Shown here: in pieces, positions 63,058-64,000 of the stretch
Position numbering within the stretch: the first letter of the stretch is position 1
How the letters are laid out: every line of letters begins with the position of its first letter
DNA from: Gemmatimonadota bacterium
GTDB lineage: Bacteria > Gemmatimonadota > Gemmatimonadetes > Gemmatimonadales > GWC2-71-9
Reading direction: 5' to 3'
Assembly: GCA_031382385.1 (NCBI GenBank)
Contig: JANMYS010000061.1
Location: forward strand, 2,403-66,402
Length of the DNA stretch: 64,000 bases
The notes under the pieces: generated by a model
Told to the model about the DNA's origin: nothing
The model's database searches: none
Seen by the model: only the letters and a program-made list of their open reading frames with translations
Position numbers and translations under genes: made by a program

Positions 63058-64000
63058 CGGACCGCCGGCCCGATGGCGACACCCCACGGTACCGATCCCG
63101 CGGGAATCGTATTGAGCACCGTCAGGGTGAGGGCATCCACGACCGTGACGGTGTTGGCCGGCCCGTTGGCGGTGTAGAGCTTCCTGCCGTCGGCGGTGAG
63201 GGCCAGGCCCCACGGCCGGGTGCCCACTTCGACGCTGGCGGTGACGGAATCGGTGCCGGGGTCGATCACCGAGACGGTCTTGCCCCGGCCGTTCGAGACG
63301 TAGATGCGCTTGCCATCCGGCGTCACCACGATGCCCATCGGGCGGGCGTCGGGCGGCATGGTGATCTGGTGCGTGGTCTTCCTGGCGACCATGTCCACCA
63401 CCGATACCGTGCCACTCACCTCATTCGTCACGTAGGCCCGCGATCCATCCGGCAGGAAGCCGATCGAGCGCGGCCGCTTGCCCACGACATCGATGCTCCC
63501 GATCCGCGTGCCCGTCGCGACGTCGATCCCGGTGATGTCGTGGTCGGTCTCTCCCGTCACCCAGACGCTCTTCCCGTCGGGCGTGAGCGTCACCCCTTCC
63601 GGCTCTTTCCCCACCTTGATGTTCGCTATCGCCTTGCCGGAGGCGATGTCAACGATTGTCGCCGAATCGGCCGCCTCGTTGCTCACGAACAGCCTGGCGC
63701 CGTCGGTGGAGACATCAAACGTCTCGGGGTCGAGGCCGGCCGGCAGCGTCTTGATGGTCTTCCGGGTGGCAACGTCCACCACCGCGACGCCATCGAGCGA
63801 CGGATCCGACTTGAGCTTCTCGCACTCCTCGTCCGGCATGGTGGGCGGGCACTTGGGCGAGCCGGAGAGGGCCACGTAGACGGTTCTCCCATCCGGACTG
63901 ACCTTCACCCCTCTCGGCCGTGTCCCCACGAAAATCGTAGCCACCACCGAGTCGGTGGTGGCATCGATGACGGTCAGGTCACGCGAGTCCTCGTTGGTGA
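63054..64000 (-). CDS. YVTN-type beta-propeller repeat protein (5' end beyond window)
   Basis: Repeated 40-residue units (PDG.R.YV.N......V.V.D). The frame stays open to the window end (TNEDSRDLTVIDATTDSVVATIFVG). Confidence 0.8.
   Translation of the reverse strand, partial: TNEDSRDLTVIDATTDSVVATIFVGTRPRGVKVSPDGRTVYVALSGSPKCPPTMPDEECEKLKSDPSLDGVAVVDVATRKTIKTLPAGLDPETFDVSTDGARLFVSNEAADSATIVDIASGKAIANIKVGKEPEGVTLTPDGKSVWVTGETDHDITGIDVATGTRIGSIDVVGKRPRSIGFLPDGSRAYVTNEVSGTVSVVDMVARKTTHQITMPPDARPMGIVVTPDGKRIYVSNGRGKTVSVIDPGTDSVTASVEVGTRPWGLALTADGRKLYTANGPANTVTVVDALTLTVLNTIPAGSVPWGVAIGPAVR

Overview
The window looks like a high-GC (not computed) bacterial chromosome segment. It is densely coded, with about 53 CDS and no rRNA, tRNA, CRISPR, transposase or integrase that I can support. 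The taxon is unknown; the mix of Ser/Thr kinases fused to TPR modules, secreted peptidases and odd intergenic repeats suggests a soil Gemmatimonadota- or Acidobacteria-like organism, but that is inference only.

Recognisable content:
- glpD (5' part) and the fadI-fadJ beta-oxidation pair
- three Hanks-type Ser/Thr kinases
- rho, rsgA and lon
- proline dehydrogenase and an MsbA-like ABC exporter
- a fused branched-chain 2-oxoacid dehydrogenase E1
- a complete five-enzyme histidine-utilisation locus (hutH, hutU / hutC, hutD, hutI, hutG, hutF)
- a TrmB-type regulator coupled to an Hpt-REC-GGDEF protein
- pfkA, prolyl oligopeptidase, OmpA, and several secreted peptidases/hydrolases (S58, S41, M28, amidohydrolase)

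Main second-look items:
1. A short SelW/Rdx-family gene at 58368-58598 is missing from the ORF track because it carries an in-frame TGA at the CxxU position. A SECIS-like hairpin follows the TGA.
2. Almost every intergenic gap outside the hut block is assembled from a small vocabulary of 7-8 nt tandem arrays, GC hairpins and CT-rich boxes. These share one polarity, and one array family sits in-frame inside lon.
3. Three genes have conserved N-termini that lie upstream of any ATG/GTG/TTG. Two of them are in frame with the preceding gene across a single TAG.
4. Three tandem secreted TPR paralogs sit next to an S41 peptidase.
5. The hut block is free of repeats and of TAG stops, so it differs compositionally from its surroundings.

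The ORF track contains many long antisense shadow ORFs, typical of high-GC DNA; I rejected these.
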